Shown one piece after another: positions 19,534 through 28,851 of a stretch of DNA of 64,000 nucleotides (positions within the stretch are counted from its first letter, which is position 1; every line of letters begins with the position of its first letter). The notes below the pieces were generated by a model that was given only the letters and a program-made list of their open reading frames with translations, ran no database searches and had not been told where the DNA came from. Made by a program: the position numbers and the translations under genes. This DNA is from an uncultured delta proteobacterium (lineage in GTDB: Bacteria > Myxococcota_A > Polyangia > Polyangiales > Polyangiaceae), in NCBI GenBank assembly GCA_963841435.1, contig CAWJCS010000002.1:32001-96000 (forward strand), written 5' to 3'.

Positions 19534-19549
19534 ATCGTTTATCGCCGAT
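19534..19549. promoter_or_regulatory. Second, imperfect ArsR-like operator before arsD
   Basis: ATCGTTTATCGCCGAT has the same ATCG-N8-CGAT frame as 19147-19162. Confidence 0.45.
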
Positions 19550-19567
19550 AGCCGAAAGGAAGTTCCC

Positions 19568-19957
19568 ATGTCCGTGACCATCCGCGTCTTCGACCCCGCC
19601 ATGTGCTGTTCCACCGGTGTCTGCGGCCCGAGCGTCGAGCCCGACCTGGCTCGCTTCGCCGCTGACGTCGATTGGCTCCAGAAGCAGGGCGTCACCGTCG
19701 AGCGCTTCAACCTCTCCCAGCAGCCCGGTGCGTTCGCCGAGACGCCCGCCGTCAAGGAGGCGCTCGCACGTGGCACCGAGGTGCTGCCACTGGTGCTCGT
19801 CGGCGACCGCATCGCGGTCGAGGGTTCGTACCCGTCCCGCGAGACCCTGGCTGCGTTGGCCGGCGTCGTGGTGAAAAAGCTCGAGGTGGCGCCCGCGGCC
19901 TCGAGTGGCTGCTGCGGTCCGAGCACGGGAGCCAAGTCGAAGACCAGCTGTTGCTGA
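19568..19957 (+). CDS. arsD: Arsenite metallochaperone
   Basis: FDPAMCCSTGVCG; C-terminal CC pairs. Confidence 0.95.
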   Translation: MSVTIRVFDPAMCCSTGVCGPSVEPDLARFAADVDWLQKQGVTVERFNLSQQPGAFAETPAVKEALARGTEVLPLVLVGDRIAVEGSYPSRETLAALAGVVVKKLEVAPAASSGCCGPSTGAKSKTSCC

Positions 19958-19968
19958 AGGAGCGCCAC

Positions 19969-21750
19969 GTGGACTTCCTCGAACGCGCGCCGCGAAACCT
20001 CTTCTTCACGGGCAAGGGCGGCGTCGGCAAGACGAGCGTCGCTTGCGCGACCGCCATTGCGCTCGCGGAGCGCGGGCGAAGCGTGCTGCTCGTCAGCACC
20101 GACCCCGCCTCGAACCTTGATGAAGTCCTCGAGACGTCGCTCGGCAGCGAGCCTCGTCCGGTCGCGGGTGTGCAGGGGCTGTTCGCGCTGAACATCGATC
20201 CTGAGGCCGCCGCCCATGCCTACCGGGAGCGTATGGTCGGCCCCTACCGCGGCGTGCTGCCCGACGCCGCAGTGCGCAGCATCGAGGAGCAGCTCTCGGG
20301 CGCCTGCACAGTCGAGATCGCTGCCTTCGACGAGTTCTCGAAGCTGCTCGGCGACGCGCGCGCAACGGCAAACTTCGATCACGTCGTGTTCGACACTGCA
20401 CCGACCGGGCACACGCTGAGGCTCCTCGAGCTGCCTGCAGCGTGGACCGGATTCCTCGAGGCAAACGTCGGCGGCACGTCGTGCCTCGGTCCGCTTGCCG
20501 GCCTCAAGGCGCAGCAGGCGCTCTATGATGGCTCACGTCAGGCGCTCGTCGATGCGAGTCGCACCGCGCTAGTGCTCGTGTCGCGCGCGGAACGCTCTGC
20601 TCTCGCCGAGGCAGAGCGTACGCGCAGCGAGCTAAGCTCGCTCGGTGTCGAGCGGCTTGAGCTGGTCATCAACGGCATCTTTCGCGCTTCGGACCACTCG
20701 GACGTGATCGCTGTGGCGATGGAGCGTCGAGGCACGGAGGCACTCGACGCGATGCCGACAGGTCTTCGTGCGCTCGCGCGTACCGACCTTCCGCTCTTGC
20801 CCTTTGGGCTCATCGGCATGAATGCGCTGCGAAAGCTCTTTACCGCCCCCGCAGCGCGCCCGGCCGAGGTCGAGACCGTTCGGGCTGACGCACCCCCACC
20901 GAACACGCGACCCCTCGTCCAGCTGCTGCCCGCGCTCGGGGAGCACGGGCACGGCGTGATCATGACGATGGGCAAGGGAGGCGTCGGCAAGACCAACGTC
21001 GCCGTGAACGTCGCGGTAGAGCTCGCGCGACGGGGGCACAAGGTCCACCTGACGACGACTGACCCGGCGGCCCACGTGGAAGAGACCCTCGGAGGCAGCG
21101 TTGACGGCATCCGAGTGAGTCGCATCGACCCCGAGTCGGAGACGCGCGCGTACTCCGAAGAGGTGCTGCGAACCGCCGGCGCTAATCTGGACGCCGCGGG
21201 ACGCGCGCTTCTCGAGGAAGACCTCCGAAGTCCATGCACCGAGGAGATCGCCGTCTTCCGCGCGTTCGCGCGCATCGTCCACGAGGGCGAGCACGGGTTC
21301 GTGGTTATTGACACCGCGCCCACCGGGCACACGCTGCTCCTGCTCGATGCGGCCGAGTCCTACCACCGAGAGGTGTTGCGGACGGCGGGCTCGGCGCCGG
21401 AGGAAGTCCGACGTTTGCTGCCGCGTCTGCGCGACCCTGCGTTCACGAAGATCCTCCTCGTCACGCTCCCTGAGGCAACTCCTGTTCATGAGGCCGCCGC
21501 ACTGCAGCGCGATCTGCTGCGGGCGGACATCCGGCCGTTCGCCTGGGTTGTGAACCAAAGCCTCATCCCGCTGACGGTCACGGATCCGGTCCTGGCCCGG
21601 CGGCGCGCGAACGAAGCGCGCTTCCACACCGAGGTGAACGACCTGGCACCGCGCGTCGTCGTCGTGCCTTGGGCCGCGCCGAGAGCAGCGCAGGTGAGGC
21701 TGGACTTCTTCGCGGGTCCGGAGCAGCCGCGCGCGGAGGCGGCACCATGA
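19969..21750 (+). CDS. arsA: Arsenical pump-driving ATPase
   Basis: Two GKGGVGKT and two DTAPTGHT motifs; Cys ligands in SGACT, SCLGP, SPCTEE. Confidence 0.96.
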   Translation: MDFLERAPRNLFFTGKGGVGKTSVACATAIALAERGRSVLLVSTDPASNLDEVLETSLGSEPRPVAGVQGLFALNIDPEAAAHAYRERMVGPYRGVLPDAAVRSIEEQLSGACTVEIAAFDEFSKLLGDARATANFDHVVFDTAPTGHTLRLLELPAAWTGFLEANVGGTSCLGPLAGLKAQQALYDGSRQALVDASRTALVLVSRAERSALAEAERTRSELSSLGVERLELVINGIFRASDHSDVIAVAMERRGTEALDAMPTGLRALARTDLPLLPFGLIGMNALRKLFTAPAARPAEVETVRADAPPPNTRPLVQLLPALGEHGHGVIMTMGKGGVGKTNVAVNVAVELARRGHKVHLTTTDPAAHVEETLGGSVDGIRVSRIDPESETRAYSEEVLRTAGANLDAAGRALLEEDLRSPCTEEIAVFRAFARIVHEGEHGFVVIDTAPTGHTLLLLDAAESYHREVLRTAGSAPEEVRRLLPRLRDPAFTKILLVTLPEATPVHEAAALQRDLLRADIRPFAWVVNQSLIPLTVTDPVLARRRANEARFHTEVNDLAPRVVVVPWAAPRAAQVRLDFFAGPEQPRAEAAP

Positions 21751-22184
21751 CGACCCAGCCGCCCACAATGAAGTACGTGGTGACCGCAGACACCAAGACC
21801 GATGGCCAAGCAGCCGTGCAGGCACGGACGTCCACCATCGCCTTCGACGGCTCAGCGCAGGCGGGCGAGACGCTCCCGGGTCCTGCGGACCTCCTCTGCG
21901 CGGCGCTGTCTGCGTGCATCCTCAAGAACGTCGAGCGGTTCTCGCACATGCTTCCGTTTCGCTACCACTCGGCCTCGATCGAGGTGACCGCGGAGCGCGA
22001 GGAGCCGCCGCCGCGCATCGTGCGCATGCACTACCGCCTGCGCATCGTCACCGATGAGCCTGCGGCGCGCCTTGAGCTGCTGCACAAGAACATTCGCAAG
22101 TTCGGGACGATCACGAACACGCTGGCGGCCGCGTGCGAGGTCACCGGCGAGCTCGAGGCCGTCCCCGCCGGAGGCAAGTCGTGA
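21747..22184 (+). CDS. OsmC/Ohr-like protein
   Basis: GPADLLCAALSAC...; coupled to arsA (ATGA) and arsC (GTGA). Confidence 0.8.
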   Translation: MTTQPPTMKYVVTADTKTDGQAAVQARTSTIAFDGSAQAGETLPGPADLLCAALSACILKNVERFSHMLPFRYHSASIEVTAEREEPPPRIVRMHYRLRIVTDEPAARLELLHKNIRKFGTITNTLAAACEVTGELEAVPAGGKS

Positions 22185-22648
22185 CCGCCGACCTGAAGGT
22201 GCTCTTCGTCTGTCTGCACAACGCAGCCCGCAGTCGCATGGCCGAGGCGCTCCTGCGCGACCAGGGCGACGGGCGTTTCGAGGTGACGAGCGCTGGCTTC
22301 GAGCCTCGTGAGGTGAATCCGCTCGTCATCGAGGCGCTCGGCCAGGTCGGGCTCACGCTCCCGTCCACCGCGCCGCAGCCGTCCGTCTTCGAGCTGTTCA
22401 GGGCGGGCCGTCACTTCCACTACGTCATCGGCGTCTGCGACGAAGAGCACGGACAGAAGTGCCCTCTGTTTCCCGGCGTGACGCAGCGCCTGTACTGGAG
22501 CTTCCCGGACCCTGCGACCTTCGTCGGCACGCACGAAGAGAAGCTCGCCCGCGTGGTCGAGGTGCGTGAGTCGATTCGAGCACGGCTCGAAGCTTGGCTC
22601 TCGACGATCCCCGGCGCGACACGCTCGCCCTCACCCACAAGGACCTGA
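22181..22648 (+). CDS. arsC: Arsenate reductase, LMW-PTP/thioredoxin type
   Basis: [11 protein letters not shown]...CP, WSFPDP. Confidence 0.9.
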   Translation: MTADLKVLFVCLHNAARSRMAEALLRDQGDGRFEVTSAGFEPREVNPLVIEALGQVGLTLPSTAPQPSVFELFRAGRHFHYVIGVCDEEHGQKCPLFPGVTQRLYWSFPDPATFVGTHEEKLARVVEVRESIRARLEAWLSTIPGATRSPSPTRT

Positions 22649-22653
22649 TCTCG

Positions 22654-23770
22654 ATGACCCACGCCAAGGCCGGTCTGCTCGGCAAGCTCTCGTTCCTGGA
22701 CCGCTACCTGACGCTGTGGATCTTCGCGGCCATGGGCCTCGGCATCGCACTCGGGTTCGTCGCGCCGGGCTTCACCACGGCGCTCAACAGTATGAGCGTG
22801 GGGACGACGTCGATCCCGATCGCGATCGGCCTCGTGCTGATGATGTACCCGCCTCTGGCGAAGGTCCGCTACGAGGAGCTGGGGAAGGTCTTCCGCAACA
22901 AGCGAGTGCTGACGCTCTCGCTCGTCCAGAACTGGGTGATCGGCCCGCTGCTGATGTTCGTGCTGGCGGTCGTGTTCCTGCGCGACAAGCCCGAGTACAT
23001 GCTCGGGCCTCATCCTCATCGGCCTCGCGCGCTGCATCGCGATGGTCATCGTGTGGAACGATCTCGCGAAGGGGGACACGGAGTACTGTGCCGGGCTCGT
23101 TGCCTTCAACTCGATCTTCCAGGTGCTGTTCTTCTCGGTCTACGCGTACTTCTTCGCGACGCTGCTGCCGACGTGGCTCGGGCTCGAAGGCGCCGTCGTC
23201 AACATCAGCATCGGCGAGATCGCGAAAAGCGTGGCCATCTACCTCGGGTTGCCCTTCGCTGCAGGGTTCCTCACGCGACGCATTCTCGTCAGCGCGAAGG
23301 GACGCGACTGGTACGAGAAGATCTTCGTGCCGCGCATCAGCCCGATCACGCTCGTGTCCCTGCTCTTCACCATCGTCGTGATGTTCTCGCTGAAGGGCGA
23401 GACCATCGTGCAACTTCCGCTCGACGTGCTCCGCATCGCCGTTCCGCTGCTCATCTACTTCGTGGTGATGTTCGGGGTGTCGTTCTTCATGAGCAAGCGC
23501 GTCGGCGCGGACTACAAGCAGTCCGTCACGCTCTCGTTCACCGCGGCGTCCAACAACTTCGAGCTCGCCATCGCGGTGGCCATCGCGAGCTTCGGCATTC
23601 ATAGCGGTGCGGCGTTCGCGGCAGTCATCGGTCCGCTCGTCGAAGTGCCCGTCCTCATCGGCCTCGTGAACGTCGCCCTCTGGGCCCAGAAACGCTTCTT
23701 CCCGAACACCCCGCTCGAGGTCGCGGCGGCCGCGTGCGCGATCCCGGGCAATCCCGAGAGCAAGGCCTGA
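22654..23770 (+). CDS. acr3: Acr3 arsenite efflux permease (1-nt frameshift at G-run 23005-23007)
   Basis: [46 protein letters not shown]. Confidence 0.93.
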
Positions 23771-23774
23771 GACG

Positions 23775-24230
23775 ATGAACTCCGACAAGACGATCCTTTT
23801 CCTTTGCGTCGCCAACTCGGCCCGCAGCCAGATGGCCGAGGGCCTCGCGCGAAAGCTCTTCGGCGCGCGCGTTCCCGTGCAAAGCGCCGGGAGCGAACCG
23901 TCGCAGGTGAATCCGTATGCGATCGAGGTGATGCGCGAGATCGGGGTGGACATCACGACCCACCATTCCAAGTCGGTGCAGACCATCGATCCCGCGACGG
24001 TGGGCACGGTGATCACGCTCTGCGCCGAGGAGGTCTGCCCGGTATTCATGGGCAAGGTGCGACGACTTCACTGGCCGATCCCAGACCCGGCGAGCAAGGA
24101 CCCCTCGATCCCGCGCGAGGAGATGCTTGCGCGCTTCCGGACGGCGCGGGATCAGGTCCAGGTCAAGCTCGAGACGCTCGCGTCCACCCTCGACGTGCCG
24201 GAGGACGCGAAGCCCACGGCTCTTGGGTAG
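23775..24230 (+). CDS. arsC: Second LMW-PTP-type arsenate reductase
   Basis: [28 protein letters not shown]. Confidence 0.9.
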   Translation: MNSDKTILFLCVANSARSQMAEGLARKLFGARVPVQSAGSEPSQVNPYAIEVMREIGVDITTHHSKSVQTIDPATVGTVITLCAEEVCPVFMGKVRRLHWPIPDPASKDPSIPREEMLARFRTARDQVQVKLETLASTLDVPEDAKPTALG

Positions 24231-24245
24231 GCCTCGATCGAGCCC

Positions 24246-24947
24246 ATGACGCGACACCAAACCGTTCGCGAGGTGGCGGGGGAGTTCCTGGGAACGGGGC
24301 TCTTGGTCACGGTCGCCTTCGCCTCCGGGGCAGTTCGAGTGCAGCTGGGTACGGGGACCATGGGCGGCGCGCTGCTCGGCTCGCTGGCGCTCGGACTCGG
24401 CTATGGGCTGGTGCTCTGGTCGGTCGGCCCGCTGTCCGGAGCGCAGATGAATCCGCTCGTGTCCATCATCGCGTCGGTGGTCGGGCGCCAGCGGTGGACA
24501 GGAACGCTGCTGCGTGTCCTCGCGCAAGTGCTGGGAGCGGTCGCGGTCGGACTCGTGCTTTCGCGACTGGCCACGTACACGTTCATTCGCGAGGACTCCC
24601 ACGTCGCCCCGAATCTGCTGGCCGAGGCGGTGGCTTCCTTCGCGTTCGTGCTGGTGGCGCTCGGGGTTGCGCATCGCCGAGACGTAAAGGTCCCCGTCGC
24701 GCTCGGGGCGTTCGCCACCGCGAGCTTCTGGATGACCGGGCGCGCCACGGTCGGCAATCCGCTCCTGTCGTTCACCGTCCTCCTCGTCGCCAGCGGCGAG
24801 GTCATCACGTGGATCGATCTGCTCCAGGTGGGAGTCTCGGAATTGGTCGGTGCCCTGTTCGGCACGGTGGTCGCGCTCTTCTTGTTCCCACATGCGCGAG
24901 AGTCCGCCGCAGCCTTGGTGTTCGCTCGGCGGCGGGCGGACGCATGA
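24246..24947 (+). CDS. Divergent MIP/aquaporin channel (AqpS-like)
   Basis: EFLGTGLL, SGAQMNPL, AEAVASF, GNPL, LVGA. Confidence 0.8.
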   Translation: MTRHQTVREVAGEFLGTGLLVTVAFASGAVRVQLGTGTMGGALLGSLALGLGYGLVLWSVGPLSGAQMNPLVSIIASVVGRQRWTGTLLRVLAQVLGAVAVGLVLSRLATYTFIREDSHVAPNLLAEAVASFAFVLVALGVAHRRDVKVPVALGAFATASFWMTGRATVGNPLLSFTVLLVASGEVITWIDLLQVGVSELVGALFGTVVALFLFPHARESAAALVFARRRADA

Positions 24948-24998
24948 ACATGAGCCCCAGGGCACCCACTGCAATCACGGCTGCTCATCCAGACCGGC

Positions 24999-25121
24999 AT
25001 GAATCCGTGGTCCCTCGGCGCTGTCGTCGTGACCTGCGTGCTGACCGGCGCCAGCGTTTTCCTCTTCGGCGACCGCTCGAAGCTCGGTGGCGACGCGCGC
25101 GGCGCAGGCGACAAGAGGTAG
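24999..25121 (+). CDS. Possible small single-TM protein (40 aa)
   Basis: MNPWSLGAVVVTCVLTGASVFLFGD... directly after the aquaporin. Confidence 0.3.
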   Translation: MNPWSLGAVVVTCVLTGASVFLFGDRSKLGGDARGAGDKR

Positions 25122-25169
25122 GCCAGGACGCCGGGTGATGCCTCCACGACGTGCGAGTGACGAATGAGG

Positions 25170-25502
25170 TACCATGGCCGGACCGTCTTGCGATCCAAGC
25201 TCGTCTCGCGTGAGATTTGGTGAAGACTCTGCTCCGCCGACCAGCGGCGAAGCACTTCCTTGATTTCGATCATCGTCAGCTCCCGGTAGGACATGGGTGG
25301 TTGCCTCCCGACGGCGACCCGCGCCGTCGTTGGAAACAACCTCACTCGCTTCCCGGGTCGCTCTGCTCGGAACCCCTCTTCCCCTTCCGGCTCGCCTCCG
25401 GCGAGCGTGTGCGCCCCTCCCGGCTCGCGAGAGCTCCGAACAGCCGACACCCCGCCGCTGAGCAGTGCGCCGCCCGTCGGCTGCCCCAATCTCCGGCCTT
25501 CA
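25170..25502 (-). mobile_element. istA: IS21-family remnant: left end plus first ~40 codons of istA
   Basis: MSYRELTMIEIKEVLRRW...ISRETSLDRKTVR from ATG 25294; candidate TG terminus at 25502. Confidence 0.7.
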
Positions 25503-25589
25503 GGGGCCCGCTGGGGCCCGCTACCCCGGCTCGCTGCCGTCCCTCAGCACGATTTTCCCAGTTCGTTTCACCTTGGCGCCCGCGACGAC

Positions 25590-26321
25590 CTCAAGTCGCT
25601 GCTCGCGAATCCACGGCTGAGCTCGACGGATCGCCAGCGCCTGCAGCAACACTTCGATGCGATCCGAGACGTTGAGATCGAAATGGGCGGCATGGGCGGC
25701 GACATGACGGAGGCGTGCAGCGCCGCGGGCCTCGAGATCGACGCGCTCGAGGCGCTCGAGAACTTCATGTACAGCCCCTACGGCCAAGTCGAGGACATTT
25801 CCCGACTCCACATGAGCCTGGTGGCGCTGTCGTTCGCGTGCAATCACCGGCGCACCGCCACCCTGCAGTGGGGGGATCCCGTCGATCACACCATCTACGA
25901 CGTTCCCAGCAACGCGCGGCGCTGGAACTTCAGCTACATCGCTCATCGCACGCAAAGCGACGCGATCGTGGGTGTGGACCCGGAAGCCGAAAGCGCGCAC
26001 GGAGAAATCGACGTCGTGCGCATGCGGACCCTCGCCGCGGGGCCTCGAGCACTTCAAGGCACGCGGGCTCGAAGACAACGCATTCGTCCTCTGGACGAAT
26101 CATTTTTCCGACGGCCCCTCCACGTCCTACCACAACGTTCCCCACATCATCTGGGGAAGCGGGGGTGGGTACCTGAAGCAGGGCGAGCACGTGAACGGCG
26201 GGAACGTCTACAACAGCCGCCTGCTCACGACCCTGATCAACGCGGCCGTCCAGGATACGGAGCGCCGGTCGCCGATTTCGGCGACGGCACGGGCGAGGAG
26301 CTCGCCGTCATGCGACCCTGA
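25590..26321 (+). pseudogene. DUF1552 protein, C-terminal half (frameshifted)
   Basis: DRQRLQQHFDAIRDVE, LSFAC, NVPHIIWGSGGGYLKQG. Confidence 0.75.
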
Positions 26322-26383
26322 GGGGAACGAAGCGAACCGATCGCTCGCTCCGCGCAGCCGACCCGGGCATAATGGGGTCTTCC

Positions 26384-28543
26384 ATGGACGCGCGCGCGCC
26401 CAGATCACTGCCCCGTGCGGCTCGGCTGAAGCTCGCAAGGCTCGCCGCCCTCGGCAGGGCGACGGTGTTGCTCGCCGCGCCGCTCGGCGCGAGCGTCGCA
26501 GTCGCGGGGTTGCTGCTCGGGGCCCTCATCGGTCGTTCGGCGCTCCGCGACGAGGAATTCGGCGCCTTCGCCAAGGTGAGCCTGGCCGCGGGCGAAATCG
26601 TGCTCTCTGCGGTCGTCGGCCTGGTCGTGGCTGCCTGCATCCTGGGGGTGCGGTGGCTGAGCGGGCGTCTCGACGGGGTTGGCCGGCGGAGCCTTCGGGC
26701 GGCAGCGGTCATCGTCGCCTGGTTCGGGGTGCTCGCTTACGCCACGAGTTGGGCGTTGTTCTGGGCGTTCGGTGGCTTTCTCGACCAGAGCGCGCTGGCG
26801 TTCGCCGCCGACACGGGAAAGCTCCTCGTGAAGCACGCGCTCGAGACGAACCCGGTGCTGCTGAGCGCCCTACCGCTCGTCGCGCTGGGCGTCGTCGCGC
26901 TCGGCAGGCGCGCGCTCGTGCGCCTCGAAGCGCGCGCCTCGGCGCGCGGCAAGCGCGTCGTCGCCTGGAGCTTCGCGGGCGTGCTCCTCGCGGGCACGCT
27001 GCTCGCCGGCGCCGGTGAGCTCGGCATCGCCGGGTCCTTCGAGATGGTCCACGACCGGATCCTCGGCGCGCGCCTGTCGCTCGGTCGGGCGTTCAGGACG
27101 GCGCGCTCGCACCGCAGCGGACCTCTTTCGCACCTGGCTCTCGCGGGCCTGTCCGAGAGGGCCCTCGGGCCCTCGATCGCAAGCGAAGCCATAACGCAGG
27201 GCCGAATCCAGATCGTCGAGCGGCCGCAGGTCGACCTCGATCGCTGGATCGCCGGCATCGATCGGTCCAAAATCCGTCGCCTCAACGTCGTCGTCGTGCT
27301 CTACGAGTCGTCGCAGCCGAGCACGCTGCGCTCGTTCGGCGGCAAGACGCTCGTCATGCCGGCGCTGGACGCCCTCGCCGAAAAATCGGCACGCTTTTCG
27401 ATGTACGCGCAGGCGCCCCAGTCGAACTACGCACAGCCGACGATCTTGTCGTCCGAGTACCCGCTGCGCGATCCCGTCCACCACACCTACCCCGATCACC
27501 CCGGCTACCCCCGCGTGCTGATGTACGACATTTTGAAGAAGCTCGGCTGGCGAACCGCGCTCATCTCGTCGCAAAACGAGTTCTGGGGCAACATGCACGC
27601 CTTCTTCGACACGGGCGGGCTCGACTACTTCTTTCACTCCGAGTCGTTCAAGGGCGCCACCATTCCCGACGAAGACCCCGGCTTCGCGGCGTGGGCGAAG
27701 AATTGGGGCCACTCAGGCAAGCTCGACGACAAGATCACGATGGACGAGGCAATCCGCTGGATCGATCGCGACTCGACGCAGCCGTTCTTCGTCTACATCA
27801 ACCTGCAAAACAGCCACTTTCCCTACTCCACGCCGGACGACTTCCCCAAACGGTTCCAACCGTACAAGATCGACTTTCCCTACGCGTTCGGCAACTATCC
27901 TCCCGACAAGGTCAACGTCGTAAAGAACCGCTGGTACAACGCGCTCTCCTACGTCGACTCGCAGATCGGGCGGCTGGTCCAGCACCTGAAGGAGACGAAA
28001 ACGCTCGATCACACGCTGCTGTTGATCAGCGCCGACCACGGAGAGGCCTTCTACGAGCACGGCTTCGTGTGCCACGCCTCGGCGATCTACAACGAGGCCG
28101 TGCGCGTTCCCGCGGTGCTGTACGGACCGGGCGTGGAACCGGGCAGCTACCCCGCGCTTTCTCAGGCCGTCAACGTGGCGCCGACGGTGCTCGGCCGGCT
28201 CGGATTGCCGCCCCACCCGGCGTTCCAAGGCCGAGACCTGCTGAGCGGGCCACCGGATCCGAACCGCTCCGCCTACATCATTTCGCAGACGCCCATCAGC
28301 CACCAAACCGCGCTCGTGCACGGCGGCTGGAAGCTCATCTACGACTACTTCTACGAGAGTTACCTGCTGTTCGATTTGGTGCACGACCCCGGCGAACAGC
28401 ACGATCGCGCGAACGAGGAGCCGGGGCGCCTGCGCGTGCTGGCCGCGGAGCTGCACGCCTGGGAAAATGCCCAGCTCGACTACTACGCGAGCCCCGCGCG
28501 CTGGCACTCGACTTATCCCCCGGTGCTCACTCGACGACGCTAG
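26384..28543 (+). CDS. Membrane-anchored sulfatase-like/LTA-synthase-family enzyme
   Basis: About 5 N-terminal TMs; NVVVVLYES, HFPY, YVDSQIG, SADHGE, FDLVHDPGE; no C/SxPxR motif. Confidence 0.85.
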   Translation: MDARAPRSLPRAARLKLARLAALGRATVLLAAPLGASVAVAGLLLGALIGRSALRDEEFGAFAKVSLAAGEIVLSAVVGLVVAACILGVRWLSGRLDGVGRRSLRAAAVIVAWFGVLAYATSWALFWAFGGFLDQSALAFAADTGKLLVKHALETNPVLLSALPLVALGVVALGRRALVRLEARASARGKRVVAWSFAGVLLAGTLLAGAGELGIAGSFEMVHDRILGARLSLGRAFRTARSHRSGPLSHLALAGLSERALGPSIASEAITQGRIQIVERPQVDLDRWIAGIDRSKIRRLNVVVVLYESSQPSTLRSFGGKTLVMPALDALAEKSARFSMYAQAPQSNYAQPTILSSEYPLRDPVHHTYPDHPGYPRVLMYDILKKLGWRTALISSQNEFWGNMHAFFDTGGLDYFFHSESFKGATIPDEDPGFAAWAKNWGHSGKLDDKITMDEAIRWIDRDSTQPFFVYINLQNSHFPYSTPDDFPKRFQPYKIDFPYAFGNYPPDKVNVVKNRWYNALSYVDSQIGRLVQHLKETKTLDHTLLLISADHGEAFYEHGFVCHASAIYNEAVRVPAVLYGPGVEPGSYPALSQAVNVAPTVLGRLGLPPHPAFQGRDLLSGPPDPNRSAYIISQTPISHQTALVHGGWKLIYDYFYESYLLFDLVHDPGEQHDRANEEPGRLRVLAAELHAWENAQLDYYASPARWHSTYPPVLTRRR

Positions 28544-28614
28544 CGCCGATTGGCGCCCGAACCCGGTCGCCTGCGCCAGCTCCCCACGACGAGCGCGGCG
28601 CCGTCGTCCCAACC

Positions 28615-28720
28615 GCTCGAGCCCGATGACCTGTTGGTCCGGCTGGTCGCCGCGGTGCCCCACCGTACTTCCACTTGGTCAGGTACTTCGCCGTGCTCTC
28701 GAGCCACTCGCGACTGCGAG
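28615..28720 (+). mobile_element. IS91-like transposase internal fragment
   Basis: EPDDLLVRLVAAVP / FHLVRYFAVLSSHSRLR. Confidence 0.7.
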
Positions 28721-28851
28721 ACGTCGCGCTCTGACGCGCCGTTTCGCGCCGTTGCAGCCCATCTTTTTGACGTTGCCCTGGGAGACCTCGCGGCAGGCGG
28801 GGTCTGGATCGACCCGGAACGGCGGGACTCGACCCGGCCTGAGCGGGCCCG

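Noticed and set aside
23005-23007. Programmed frameshift in acr3
   Set aside because: No slippery heptamer; matches the window-wide indel error pattern.
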